DNA of 64,000 nucleotides from Candidatus Hydrogenedentota bacterium (GCA_045863295.1 BTWA01000007.1:72469-136468); one strand, 5' to 3'; positions 18,483-29,040 are shown, counted from the stretch's first letter. Translations and numbers: made by a program. Notes: a model not told the origin generated them from the letters alone.

Positions 18483-21212
18483 TCACTCTTGACGGTATTC
18501 CATGAAGTCTTGCCCGGACTCGCCCTTCAATTCAAACGTACCAACCTGCATGCACGAACCATGACACAACGCCGCCTGAACTACGGTTCCCGCGGCATCA
18601 CGGCGCACCCATGCAAGATTCGCATCGGTTTGCGTGCCGTCGGCATTCACCATCCGGGAATCCCGTTCCAATTCTGGATCGACAATTAACATCAGATCGG
18701 TTTCCCCGGACACCATGCGTATCTTCAGCGCCACGCTCGAATCGCCCATGGCGTTGCCATTGCTGTCCGTGATTTCTATCCTTTCCACCGATTCGACGAC
18801 GCCCGCAGTGGCATAAGGCTCCATGACGGCCGCGAACGTGGATTGAAGCACCTCCTCGCTGTCAGCCTGGCGACGTACAAACACGCGGGGTATCCAATGC
18901 TCGTTGTCGGATTCGTATCCCCCGGCAACCACCCAGGCTTCCGCGGTTCCGGCACTTGCATCGGTCGTAAAATCCCAATACCGCATGCCAATTGCACGGG
19001 GAAACGGCAGCAGATTGTATACGTCTTCTACGGTCCAGTTCGCGGACCAGCCGGGTTGCGCATTCGCAGCCATGCGGAAATTCCGCATCTGAGTGTTATT
19101 GCCATACTCCCCGGCCTCGGCCAATTCCAGGCCCGAAGTGGACAGTTGACCGTAATGACTGTGAATAAATTTCGTGTGATCCTTGCCGCCTCCCACGCGA
19201 AACACGTCGACAACATAAAAATGCTCCGGGCCGGCGTCAACCATCACCGCCGTGCGTTCATACCGGTTGCCGTTATTCGTCTCGGGCGCAGCGGCGCGTA
19301 TGGCCCGAAAACCCACGCCATCCGCCCAAAGGGTAGTCGTGCCAGAACCCTTGGGTTGGTTCGCGCCGTCCACGACCACGGTATTGTGCGAGGCCGTCAT
19401 CTGATACCACCGGGAACGAGGCGATTCCCAACCGCCAAACTGCACCGGCGGATACCCAAACTCGGGAAGCAAGTCCAAGCCAAACGCAAAAAGGCCAAGG
19501 TTCATGGAATCAAAATGACCGTGGCCGCCGCCGCTGTCGTAATCGAGCCAAAGCGCGCGCGCATTCAAACCGGCTCCCGATCGCAGAATGCCCAGATGCC
19601 AAGCCTCCTTGTTCACGCTGGGATTGACAATAAGTGTGCCTTCGGACCGAATGACGCTTGCCACCTGCGACTGAAACGTCTGAGGATCCGATCCGTATAT
19701 GTCGTAGGGAAGTCCATCCAACTTGTACCCGTTTTCTTTGTATAACACCTGCACGTAGCGGGGATCGCCCGTGGTTTCATACAGACTCCAGAGAAACCGG
19801 TTAATCGAAGGCGCCAGTATTGTCCAGCCCCCGACATTCGAAACGTTGCCCCCCGGCTTGATGAAATTTACGCCCACGTATTCGTCCACAGGCGCCGCAA
19901 AATGGCCCGCATCGCCGCTCAGCGGATAATACCGCTGGAGACACAACGTATCGATGTGAAATAGATACGTTTGCTTAAGACTTGGCGTGCGCTCAAGTAT
20001 CCGCTTGGTAAACGTGGGGTCTGCCTTGTCGAACTCCGCAAGAAAGTGGGCCAACGCCGAAATCGTAAATGACGCATAGCCCGCCAACCCTTTTTCACCG
20101 GTCACGCCGTCTACCGCCGTCGCTTTCGCCAACATGGGATCCACAATCGCCCAGAACGCCTCGTCCGGTTCCTGCAACACCGCCGTCATCACCGCCTTCA
20201 AAACTTCTGTGCGGGGATAGTTGGAATAGATTTTGCCCGGATTGGCCAGCGCATCCCGCAGAATCCGCTCCTCAATGTTACGCTGGACATCCGCAAATGT
20301 CGCTTTTGGATTCGCCAGGCCATACGTCGTCGCCTGCTGGGCAAGAAATGCAGGCAATGCCGTATCCTCCCTCAGCGCTTCGAAAATCATGTCGTAGCTC
20401 ATCGCCAGTTCGCGCGTTTCTTCGCAGGTGTCATGCCAGGTCGAAACATATCCCGCGGACGCAGGCCCCTCATACATCACGCCCTGCGCTTTGAAATCGA
20501 AGTCGGGATACAAATCCGCCACCCGATCCAACATCACGCCCGCCTTGTGCGCATACTCAGGCTCGCCGGTTACCACATACGCCGCGCTAAGCGCTCGAAT
20601 ACCGCCCAAGACCAACTGCTTCCATTGCCCGTAGATCAGGTACGCGCCAATAAACCGCCAACGTTCGCCTTTCTCGTTCACATACCCGTTTCCATCATCC
20701 ACGCCATACAGATGAAGCGGATCGTTCGGATCGGGATGCTCCGCGTTAAATAACAACGCACGATCGGCCAGTTGCGGATCGAACACTCCGCGCTCATTTA
20801 ATCCCGAGTCGTAAAATGCCTTGAAATCATTCTTGGGAAACAATTCGCCGCTGTGCGGACACTCGACTTTCCATGGATGCTCTTGCGCTTTCATAATCCA
20901 GTTGTACATCGGCACGGGCTGGCCCGTCGCCGGCGAGTACCCGTTCGACCACACCATCCAGGACCGGTTGATGGCCGGACCAAACATGAGGTTCCACAAT
21001 TCATTGTCCGTCTTGGCACGCCAAAACTCGGCCATTTCCACAATGCCGGTCTTAACCGAAGCCGCCCAAGGATCGTTCGCGATATTCTCGCGCACACGGG
21101 CCACCACCTCCGCTGGATACAACACGCTGGCAGACTTGGTTTGCCCATGAGCCAAACCCCATACCGTGGATAGACAGGCCAGGAATGCGAGAACGCGCAG
21201 GTGCCGAGTCAT
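18483..21212 (-). CDS. Secreted heparinase II/III-like protein
   Basis: Signal peptide; VDDGNGY, GGHGHFDSMNL, EFGYP, TASHNTVVVDG, YERT, YVVDVFRVGGG. Confidence 0.82.
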   Translation of the reverse strand: MTRHLRVLAFLACLSTVWGLAHGQTKSASVLYPAEVVARVRENIANDPWAASVKTGIVEMAEFWRAKTDNELWNLMFGPAINRSWMVWSNGYSPATGQPVPMYNWIMKAQEHPWKVECPHSGELFPKNDFKAFYDSGLNERGVFDPQLADRALLFNAEHPDPNDPLHLYGVDDGNGYVNEKGERWRFIGAYLIYGQWKQLVLGGIRALSAAYVVTGEPEYAHKAGVMLDRVADLYPDFDFKAQGVMYEGPASAGYVSTWHDTCEETRELAMSYDMIFEALREDTALPAFLAQQATTYGLANPKATFADVQRNIEERILRDALANPGKIYSNYPRTEVLKAVMTAVLQEPDEAFWAIVDPMLAKATAVDGVTGEKGLAGYASFTISALAHFLAEFDKADPTFTKRILERTPSLKQTYLFHIDTLCLQRYYPLSGDAGHFAAPVDEYVGVNFIKPGGNVSNVGGWTILAPSINRFLWSLYETTGDPRYVQVLYKENGYKLDGLPYDIYGSDPQTFQSQVASVIRSEGTLIVNPSVNKEAWHLGILRSGAGLNARALWLDYDSGGGHGHFDSMNLGLFAFGLDLLPEFGYPPVQFGGWESPRSRWYQMTASHNTVVVDGANQPKGSGTTTLWADGVGFRAIRAAAPETNNGNRYERTAVMVDAGPEHFYVVDVFRVGGGKDHTKFIHSHYGQLSTSGLELAEAGEYGNNTQMRNFRMAANAQPGWSANWTVEDVYNLLPFPRAIGMRYWDFTTDASAGTAEAWVVAGGYESDNEHWIPRVFVRRQADSEEVLQSTFAAVMEPYATAGVVESVERIEITDSNGNAMGDSSVALKIRMVSGETDLMLIVDPELERDSRMVNADGTQTDANLAWVRRDAAGTVVQAALCHGSCMQVGTFELKGESGQDFMEYRQE

Positions 21213-21358
21213 GGTAAGTACCCCTCTTGAATAACCGCCGCAGGCGATAATATCCGCGAAGTGGAAGCCTTGTCCAAAAAGATGCGCCGCGTGAAATTAC
21301 AAAAACCCAGCCCGGATCGTGTACAACGGTAGTCGACTTGGGAAGGGATGCGCGACAC

Positions 21359-23065
21359 ATGACCAGCGGATTGGCGGCGGCGGATTACACCATACTCGCC
21401 GGATTCTTCATTGTGCTCCTTGCGATCGGCCTGTTCTACTCCGGACGTATGAGCACCCTGCGCGATTTTTTCAGCGGCGGACGCCACGTGCCTTGGTGGC
21501 TCGCCGGCATATCCCTGTACATGACCACCTTCAGCGCGTTTACATTCGTTTCCTATTCCGCACTGGCATACAAGCACGGCTTCGTGGCGGTGGCCATTTG
21601 GTGGTTTTCCATTCCGGGCTGCCTGTTGAGCGCCTGGTTCCTGGCTTCCCGATGGAGGCGCGCCGCCAGTACAAGTCCCGTCGAGTACCTGGAAACGCGG
21701 TACGGGCATGTACTCCGTCAGTCGTTCAGTTGGTTTGGCATTCCATTGATCGTGCTCGACGACGCATTGAAGTTGTATGTCATCGGCACCATGATGCGTG
21801 TGAGCATGGGGTTCGAAAGTGACAGCGCCATCAATTGGATTATTCTCTTCTGTGGAATAATCATGGTGCTTTACACGCTTCTGGGCGGCCTATGGGCCGT
21901 GCTCATCACCGACTTTATTCAGTTTGTCGTGATGGGGGTCGCCGTGCTCGTTTTATTGCCGCTGACATGGCGCAGGGCAGGAGGCATGGGCGCAATCGCC
22001 GATCACCTTCCCACAGGCTTTGGAGACATCACCGTTGAAACCTACACCTGGCCATGGCTGCTCTCCTTCGCGGTCGTCCTAGCGCTTACCTTCGCCACGA
22101 AGTGGCCCTATGTGCAGCGTTACTACGCCGCGCGCACCGATCAGGAAGCGCGCTGGGTCGGCTACCTCGTCGCCGCGCTCACCCTGCTCGGACCTCCGTT
22201 GTTGTTCTTTCCGGCATTCGGCGCACGCGTCTACCTGCCCGAAGTCGCGGACGCAAATCAGGTCTATGCCCTGCTCTGCAAGGAACTGCTGCCGGCGGGA
22301 CTCATGGGTATGATGATCGCCGCCATGTTCTCCGCCACCATGTCCATGCTCTCCAGCGATTACAATTCCGTGGCTTCCGTGGTCACGAACGATATCGTCA
22401 AGCGGCTCTTTATGAAACATGCATCAGAAAAGAGTCTTGTCCTCGTGGCCCGTCTTTCCACACTGGCCATCGGCCTTCTTGCCATGGGGCTCGCGCTGCT
22501 AATCGCTCAGGCAAAAACCATGGACGACCTCGTCAAAATCATGGCACAGTTGTTTGCGGCATTGCTTCCTCCCGTGGCCCTTCCCATGGCCGCCGGTCTC
22601 TTGTGGCGCCGCGCCACCAACGGCGGCGCGCTGATGGGGTTCGCGCTGGGTGCGACCTGCGGCATCGCCGCATCCATTGCAAGCTACACCACCGGCATGA
22701 GCTACCTCCGCGAAGTGCAGTATCTGACATGGCTCACCTTGCTGCCCACGGCCGCAGGCCTAGGACTCGGCAGTCTGCTCTTTGCGGATTCCGCCGATAA
22801 AAGCGAACAAGTGCGCAATTTCATGGACGGCCTGCAAGGCGCCACGGCGCACGTGCCCGAGCCCGCGAGCAAAACGGACGCGGCCGTGGCCATGCGCATT
22901 ATCGGATTGACCACCCTGTTGTTGGGGTCATTGCTTTTCGTAAGTGTGTTGCTGACCGCGGGACTGAGTGGACGCGTCTCTCTTCTGGTGGGTCTGCTTA
23001 TGGCTGCCGGCGGCATGGCAACGTATTTGAAATCGCGCGCGATACTCGCCTGCGCTCAAGAGTGA
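21359..23065 (+). CDS. Sodium:solute symporter (SSS family, SiaT/sugar-like)
   Basis: About 14-15 TM helices; FFSGGRHVPWW..SAFTF, YLETRYG, GGLWAVLITDFIQ, VQRYY, AAMFSATMS. Confidence 0.92.
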   Translation: MTSGLAAADYTILAGFFIVLLAIGLFYSGRMSTLRDFFSGGRHVPWWLAGISLYMTTFSAFTFVSYSALAYKHGFVAVAIWWFSIPGCLLSAWFLASRWRRAASTSPVEYLETRYGHVLRQSFSWFGIPLIVLDDALKLYVIGTMMRVSMGFESDSAINWIILFCGIIMVLYTLLGGLWAVLITDFIQFVVMGVAVLVLLPLTWRRAGGMGAIADHLPTGFGDITVETYTWPWLLSFAVVLALTFATKWPYVQRYYAARTDQEARWVGYLVAALTLLGPPLLFFPAFGARVYLPEVADANQVYALLCKELLPAGLMGMMIAAMFSATMSMLSSDYNSVASVVTNDIVKRLFMKHASEKSLVLVARLSTLAIGLLAMGLALLIAQAKTMDDLVKIMAQLFAALLPPVALPMAAGLLWRRATNGGALMGFALGATCGIAASIASYTTGMSYLREVQYLTWLTLLPTAAGLGLGSLLFADSADKSEQVRNFMDGLQGATAHVPEPASKTDAAVAMRIIGLTTLLLGSLLFVSVLLTAGLSGRVSLLVGLLMAAGGMATYLKSRAILACAQE

Positions 23066-23068
23066 ACC

Positions 23069-24385
23069 ATGGAATACGCCAAGAGCAAGTCCCTATATGA
23101 TAGAGCCTGCACCGTCATCCCCGGCGGCATTAACAGCAACGTGCGCGCGGTCTCGGAACCGATACCGCTTTTCTATACGCACGGAAAAGACGCGCGCATC
23201 TGGGATGCCGACGGCAACGAATACATCGACTATGTTCTCGGTCAGGGACCCATGCTCCTCGGCCATTCTCCCGCAAGAGTTATCGAAGCCATCAAGCAGC
23301 AGGCGGAGAAAGGCTTGGTATACGCGGGACAATCCGAATCGGAAGTGCGCGCGGCTGAACTCATCCGTGAACTCGTGCCCTGCGCCGAAATGGTCCGGTT
23401 CAACACCACCGGTTCAGAAGCGGTGCATGCCGCCATTCGACTGGCCCGCGCCGCCACCGGACGCAAGAAAGTCCTCCGGTTCGAAGGCCACTACCACGGT
23501 TGGCTTGACACGATTGCATGGAATCCTCCCAAGCCCGGCGTTGCTCTGGGCCCACGCGAAAATCCTATCCTGCGCCCGTCTTCCAAGGGACAAACCGAAG
23601 AAGACGCCGCCAACCTCTTCGTACGCCCCTGGAACGACACCGCGCTCGCTGAAGATCTATTTCGCAACCACGGCTCGGAAATCGCCGCCGTCATCTGCGA
23701 TCCCTTCGCGTGCGCGTCGGGACTGATCCCCGCGCAACAAGAGTTCCTGCGCACATTGCGCCGTCTTTGCAATGCCCATAATGCCGTCCTGATATTCGAT
23801 GAAGTGATCACCGGTTTCCGCGTCGCGCTCGGAGGAGCGCAACAATACTACGGCGTCACGCCCGACCTCGCCACGTTTGCGAAGGCCCTGGGTGGCGGCG
23901 TTGCCGTCGCCGCCGTAGCTGGCAAAGCAGACCTCATGCGCCTGTTTGGCGAATTGGCCACCGTGCACGCCGGCACCTACAACGCAAATCCCCTGGCCAT
24001 GGCCGCCACCGTGGCTGCCTTGGAGTTCCTGAAGGAAGAGGGCGGCGCCAATCTGCAACGGGCACACACGCACGGGCAACAGCTATGGGATGGCCTCTCA
24101 AACATCGCCGGCGAACTTAAATTCCCCCTCCAACTGCGTGGAGTCCCCAGTGTGTTCAGCACCAGCGTTGTACCCGAAAGCGCGACACCGGTCGTCGACT
24201 TCCGAACCGCGCTACAGGCCGATGCGGAAACCGCAAATGCATTCTGGCGCGACATGCACCATCGCGGCGTGCAATTCACCGCGTTCGGTATCTGGTTTCT
24301 CTCTACGGCCCATACAAAAGCGGATATCGACCAGACCCTCGCGGCGGCCCGCGAGTCCCTCCGCGGTCTCGCCGCCCTGAGGTAA
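23069..24385 (+). CDS. Class III PLP aminotransferase (GSA aminomutase/HemL-like)
   Basis: PGGINSNVR, WDADGNEYIDY, GSEA, FEGHYHG, FDEVITGFR, FAKALGGG (PLP Lys), GTYNANP. Confidence 0.9.
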   Translation: MEYAKSKSLYDRACTVIPGGINSNVRAVSEPIPLFYTHGKDARIWDADGNEYIDYVLGQGPMLLGHSPARVIEAIKQQAEKGLVYAGQSESEVRAAELIRELVPCAEMVRFNTTGSEAVHAAIRLARAATGRKKVLRFEGHYHGWLDTIAWNPPKPGVALGPRENPILRPSSKGQTEEDAANLFVRPWNDTALAEDLFRNHGSEIAAVICDPFACASGLIPAQQEFLRTLRRLCNAHNAVLIFDEVITGFRVALGGAQQYYGVTPDLATFAKALGGGVAVAAVAGKADLMRLFGELATVHAGTYNANPLAMAATVAALEFLKEEGGANLQRAHTHGQQLWDGLSNIAGELKFPLQLRGVPSVFSTSVVPESATPVVDFRTALQADAETANAFWRDMHHRGVQFTAFGIWFLSTAHTKADIDQTLAAARESLRGLAALR

Positions 24386-24393
24386 ATGCTGTT

Positions 24394-25884
24394 ATGCGTA
24401 TTGCCATCGCCGGTTTCATGCACGAGTCCAACACCTTCACAGGCGAGAAGACCGAACTCCGCCATTTTCAGGAAGCCTACTACCATCGCGGCGAAGAACT
24501 TGTCCCGGTCTGGCAGGACGCGCATCACGAACTGGGCGGGTTTATTGCCGGTTGCCGCGAAGCGAACGTCGAACTTGTCCCGCTCCTGGCCGCATGGGCC
24601 ACCCCCAAGGGCCCCGTCACCGACGCGGCTTACGAACACATTGCCGCCGAACTGCTCAAATGCCTTCGCGCCGCGGGACCTATCGACGGCCTGCTGCTCG
24701 CGTTGCATGGGGCCATGGTCACCGAATCGCACTCGAGCGCCGACAGCGAAACGGTGCGCCGCGTCCGCTCCGCAATAGGCTCAACCGTCCCGCTCATTCT
24801 CTCGCTCGATATGCACGCCAATGTCACGGAAGACATGATTCGACTCCCAGACGCCACCGTCGCTTACCGCACCTATCCACATGTCGACCAACGCGAACGA
24901 GGACGCGAATGCGCCCGGCTTGCCATCGGCGCCGCGCAGGGAAAAATCAAACCGGTGCAGGCGGGATGCAAACTGCCCCTGCTGATTCACATCGTCCAGC
25001 AATTCACCGGCTCCGGCCCCATGGCCAGCGTGTACAGTGCCGTTGAACGAACCGCGACCCAATCCGGCATCCTCTCGGTCTCGTGTTCGCCCGGATACAT
25101 TTACGCCGATGTCCCGCACATGGGCGTCTGCGTGAACGTCGTCGCAGACCGCGACACCTCGATCGCGAAGGCCGCTGCATCCGCACTCGCCAAGGAGATA
25201 TTCGCATTAAGAGACGAATTGAACGCGGGATTGCCCGACACCGCCTCCGCCGTCGCACAAGCCAAAGCGCTCGAGGGTACCGTCTGCCTGATGGACTCCG
25301 GCGACAACATCGGCGGCGGCGGGCCCGGCGATTCCACCATTCTGTTTCACGAACTGTGCAAACAGGGCGTGCCCCGAGTTTGCGTCGTACTCTACGATCC
25401 CGAAGCCGCACGCACCTGCGCGGAAGCGGGGGAAGGCGTGCGCGTCGCCCTTAGGGTCGGAGCGAAAACCGACGCCCAACACGGTGCTCCCGCATCCATC
25501 ACAGGGAAGGTGCTTCATATCTCCGACGGCGTCTTCGTCGAGGAGGAAGCCCGCCACGGCGGCATGCGCGAATACAACCAGGGACTGACCGCGGTCGTGC
25601 ACACCGACGACGGACACACGGTCGTCCTCAACAGTCTGCGTGTCATGCCCACCAGTCTGCGGCAACTGCTCAGCCTCGGCATTGATCCCGCAAAACACAA
25701 AGCCATCATCGTCAAAGGCGTTACCGCGCCCCGCGCCGCCTACGACCCTATCGCCGCGGCCATAATCCCCGTCGATACCCCCGGCGTCACCCAGGCCGGC
25801 CCCGAGGCATTCGAATACAAGAATCGCCCACAGCCGCTCTACCCGCTCGATCCGATCGAAAGCTGGAAACTAACATGCTGGTAA
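24394..25884 (+). CDS. M81 family metallo-amidohydrolase (MlrC-like)
   Basis: HESNTF, LHGAMV, LDMHAN, YRTYPHVD, DSGDNIGGGGPGDST. Confidence 0.92.
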   Translation: MRIAIAGFMHESNTFTGEKTELRHFQEAYYHRGEELVPVWQDAHHELGGFIAGCREANVELVPLLAAWATPKGPVTDAAYEHIAAELLKCLRAAGPIDGLLLALHGAMVTESHSSADSETVRRVRSAIGSTVPLILSLDMHANVTEDMIRLPDATVAYRTYPHVDQRERGRECARLAIGAAQGKIKPVQAGCKLPLLIHIVQQFTGSGPMASVYSAVERTATQSGILSVSCSPGYIYADVPHMGVCVNVVADRDTSIAKAAASALAKEIFALRDELNAGLPDTASAVAQAKALEGTVCLMDSGDNIGGGGPGDSTILFHELCKQGVPRVCVVLYDPEAARTCAEAGEGVRVALRVGAKTDAQHGAPASITGKVLHISDGVFVEEEARHGGMREYNQGLTAVVHTDDGHTVVLNSLRVMPTSLRQLLSLGIDPAKHKAIIVKGVTAPRAAYDPIAAAIIPVDTPGVTQAGPEAFEYKNRPQPLYPLDPIESWKLTCW

Positions 25885-25913
25885 CATCGAAACCGGACAA
25901 AATGGAGAATTAC

Positions 25914-26065
25914 TCACGCAACGCCGCAAAGAACTTGAAAGTTCCGGATCTAAGTAGGCAAGAAGGAATCGCTGCTGAAATCAGGTACGTTTAAGCCCGA
26001 GCAACAACGGAAAATCCACGAAGTTCCAACTGAAAATCACTTTGCGTCTTCGCGACTTTGCGTGA
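25914..26065. repeat. Intergenic element with imperfect terminal inverted repeats
   Basis: Left arm TCACGCAACGCCGCAAAGA; reverse complement of right arm TCACGCAAAGTCGCGAAGA (16/19 identical). The right arm is built from roughly 8-nt CTT(T/C)GCG units. Confidence 0.55.
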
Positions 26066-26146
26066 AATCAAAATCGTGTCCTGGAAGTTTAGTTCTCATT
26101 GTGCGCGCAAAAGGGACTATACTTACTACCTATGGGCGTTCCAACG

Positions 26147-27271
26147 ATGACGTTTCTGCGCCGAAATTCGACTCAATTTCTTTGCGGCCTCTGCGTTTTC
26201 GCCCTCGTGCCCGATTCAATTCCTGCGCAGGAATGGCCCACGCTGCCCGATGCAAACGCCGCCATCGTGGTGCCCGCCCAGGAATGGGCCTTCGAACCCG
26301 CCCCTCGCACGGTCAACGCCTACCTCCATTACCCCAACGGTTCGATCGCCAACGTCGACGCCAACACCGGCCTTATGCTCAGCCTGCACAACTGGGGCGG
26401 CACCCACGCCACCGGCGCGCCAGACCCCGATACGCTCGCCGATCGCTATAATGTCATTGCCATCTGCGTCGACTACCTGCAGAGCGGCAAATGGAATCCC
26501 GAAACAAATCACCCCTACGACTTCGGTTACCTGCAGGCCCTCGACGCGCTCCGATCCCTCTATGCCGTCTGGTCCCAACTCGACGCGCGCGAGATCGCGT
26601 TCGACAAGGCTCGCATCTACGCCGCGGGCGGCTCCGGCGGCGGCAACGTCGCCCTCATGGCCAACAAACTCGCCCCCCGCACCTTCGCCGCCATCGTAAA
26701 CCTTAGCGGCATGGTGCGCCTCACCGACGACATCGCCTTCGGACTCGAAGGCGGAAGCGATCTCAACGCCGGATACAGCAACGATCCGAAAAGCCCACGC
26801 TTTTTATCGAAGGACGATCAGGAATTGCGCTTCATCGGAAATCCCGATCATCTCGTGAAACAGGTGTCCCTGGGAAACAAACCCAAAGTGATCGTGGTCC
26901 ACGGCGCAAACGACGATACATGCCCCACCGCGGACACGCGCCAAATGGTGGATACCATGATCGCCGCCGGAATGGACGTCGACGCCCACATCGTCGAAGA
27001 GAGTGATATAGACGGCGAAATCTTCACCGACACAAAACACTCCCTCGGCGACCGGACAAAAATCGTCCTGCATCTGGCCGGCAAATACCTGCAGCCCGAT
27101 TCCCCCGAAGCCGCCCGCCGCTCCATCCCCGCCGACTTCGATCGCAAAGACCGCGCCGTCCGCTACCCAACCCCCCGCGGCGTTTTCATCATCTCCTACG
27201 AAAACGGCTACCCCCAAGGCCGCTTCGAACGGAATGATCGCGATCCCTCCGATCAAGTCGTATTTCCCTGA
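26147..27271 (+). CDS. Secreted alpha/beta hydrolase (DUF2920/prolyl-oligopeptidase-like)
   Basis: Signal peptide; LHNWGG, GGSGGG nucleophile elbow, HGANDD acid, KHSLG His. Confidence 0.8.
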   Translation: MTFLRRNSTQFLCGLCVFALVPDSIPAQEWPTLPDANAAIVVPAQEWAFEPAPRTVNAYLHYPNGSIANVDANTGLMLSLHNWGGTHATGAPDPDTLADRYNVIAICVDYLQSGKWNPETNHPYDFGYLQALDALRSLYAVWSQLDAREIAFDKARIYAAGGSGGGNVALMANKLAPRTFAAIVNLSGMVRLTDDIAFGLEGGSDLNAGYSNDPKSPRFLSKDDQELRFIGNPDHLVKQVSLGNKPKVIVVHGANDDTCPTADTRQMVDTMIAAGMDVDAHIVEESDIDGEIFTDTKHSLGDRTKIVLHLAGKYLQPDSPEAARRSIPADFDRKDRAVRYPTPRGVFIISYENGYPQGRFERNDRDPSDQVVFP

Positions 27272-27373
27272 AGTGTGGATTCGTCAACAGAATACAAAGA
27301 GGGACAAAACGTAGCCCCAATGCACACAACGGGATTGGTGAAGAAGCGCCAAAGCCATGCAGAGATTCCTGAA

Positions 27374-27426
27374 CCGCAGATTCACTTTACTCGCTTCTTG
27401 CCTGTGTACATCTGTGTAATCTGCGG
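27374..27426. repeat. Short palindromic element with tandem sub-repeats
   Basis: CCGCAGATT...AATCTGCGG inverted arms; the right arm contains CTGTGTACAT-CTGTGTAAT-CTGCGG. Confidence 0.5.
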
Positions 27427-27514
27427 ACGATTCCTCATTCATTTGGCCGCGTCCACATCCCCATCGGATCCGGCCCGTCGCCCGTCTTGCCATGCACCGA
27501 AAGTCTCTACATAG

Positions 27515-27531
27515 TTGGCGCAAAAGCTGCT
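27515..27531 (+). promoter_or_regulatory. Candidate sigma54 (-24/-12) promoter
   Basis: TTGGCGCAAAAGCTGCT, with GG 27517-18 and GC 27529-30 separated by 10 bp. Confidence 0.35.
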
Positions 27532-27565
27532 TTTTTTTCAGTTGCGGACTGACGCCTTTTGAACT

Positions 27566-27949
27566 ATGCTAACGCTGCTGTCCCTGTACTCCAATACTCA
27601 AGTTGTCGGCATAAGGGCATTAATAATGCGTATTGCTGAGCAAAGCCAAGTGAGTCGAGTATGCATTCATTCAGCATTATTATGCTTTATCGCCGCAAAT
27701 TGCGCTGCTGAGTCCAAACACCCGGACGGGTACGTTTTCTACGCCGAAACCTTCGATTTCGGACATGTCGCCGCCGAAACTACCGCAGTGCACATGGAGC
27801 CTGCGACTCGCGCCAAGCTCATCATTCAAGTTCCCTGGGATCCCAATCACGCTTCGCGTGTGTACAAATCTACGATTGAGGTAACGGCGCTCATCGATGG
27901 AAAGACGGAGCGAACCCAATTGGAAGCATACGGACTGTACAACGATTAA
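27566..27949 (+). pseudogene. Possible internally deleted DUF1573-like Ig domain
   Basis: FDFGHV start and I.V.WDP....YKSTIEVT...L...G end are present. The central N.G..PL...SCGCT segment is missing. Confidence 0.35.
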
Positions 27950-28026
27950 AAACGCTGGCATACGTCGCCGAACAGGCAAAAGTCGGTTTATCGTCAGCGT
28001 AACAACGATCGCAAGAGGTATCCGTG

Positions 28027-29040
28027 ATGATTCGGACAATCGCTTGGCCAATGATAGCAACCTTGACCGTACTGGCAGCCTCAGGGCAGGAACTCATTAC
28101 CGGCCCGGCATCGGATCCGCCCGAAGAATTGCTGGTGCTCGCCCGGGAGTCTAAGGCGATCTACGACAGTATTACGTCATTTAGGGCACACGTCACTAAA
28201 GTAACTCGCACTGGGGGAGCGTCGGCACAAAGCCCAACGCAACCGGTAAACGAAAGAATCGATCGGGTCGAGGCGGAAATGGGCTTCAAGGATGGCTGGT
28301 ACAGACTCATCCGCAACTGGACCACCGAGACCAAGAACCCGGATACGACATCATTTCAAAAGATCACGGTTCTGCTGACGGATTCGTTCTTCTTCCAGTC
28401 GTTGGAAGGAAACGAGCAGCATCCCGTCAAGACGAGCAGGCAATACTTCGAATTGGCTTCAAAAGATGCACTCGCGCCGAATCAGGATATGTACATCAAG
28501 CAGATGTGGAAGCCCGACCCTAGAATTTTTGGTTACACGATAGGCGACGGAACATTACTTATTGATTACATTGAAAAGATGTCGGATTATCCGGGAGCGG
28601 TGTGGTCCCTTCGAAAGTCGGAAGGAGTCTATTACGCTACAATCCACTTTGATGGTGATGTCCAGAACGGCAGACATCGATCATCCTTCGAAATAGACGC
28701 CGAGCGAGACTTCTTTATTCAGAAAGCAGAGTCGACCAATCGCGAAGGCGTAGTTGGAAGTAGTAGAACCATAGAGCCCCAACAGGTCGATGGTCTCTGG
28801 TTTGTCAGCCTTGTTCAAAGCAAGCTTGTTGATTTGGAGTCAGAAGTAACCTATACGAATGTCGAAATAAACCCAGAGTTTGACGTGGACTATTTCACTC
28901 TCAGAAGCTTTGCATTCAAGGAATCGGATACGATGAACTCGTATTCCCAGGATCGAAGCAGAAAGACGGAAATGGTCTATTGGGGTGGCAAATGGATATC
29001 AATCGACCAGTTACGGGAGAACAGTATTCCAAAGAAGTGA
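28027..29040 (+). CDS. Secreted hypothetical protein, possibly LolA-like fold
   Basis: Signal peptide; beta-rich; DPRIFG and VTYTNVEINPEFDVDYFT segments. Confidence 0.6.
   Translation: MIRTIAWPMIATLTVLAASGQELITGPASDPPEELLVLARESKAIYDSITSFRAHVTKVTRTGGASAQSPTQPVNERIDRVEAEMGFKDGWYRLIRNWTTETKNPDTTSFQKITVLLTDSFFFQSLEGNEQHPVKTSRQYFELASKDALAPNQDMYIKQMWKPDPRIFGYTIGDGTLLIDYIEKMSDYPGAVWSLRKSEGVYYATIHFDGDVQNGRHRSSFEIDAERDFFIQKAESTNREGVVGSSRTIEPQQVDGLWFVSLVQSKLVDLESEVTYTNVEINPEFDVDYFTLRSFAFKESDTMNSYSQDRSRKTEMVYWGGKWISIDQLRENSIPKK

Noticed and set aside
23069..25884. Gene symbols hemL and mlrC (heme synthesis, microcystin degradation)
   Set aside because: Only family-level similarity is visible, with no other hem or mlr genes in context.
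27275..27514. 79-aa ORF with a CVIC motif (possible Zn peptide or RiPP)
   Set aside because: The motif is simply the translation of the ATCTGTGTAATCTGCGG repeat.
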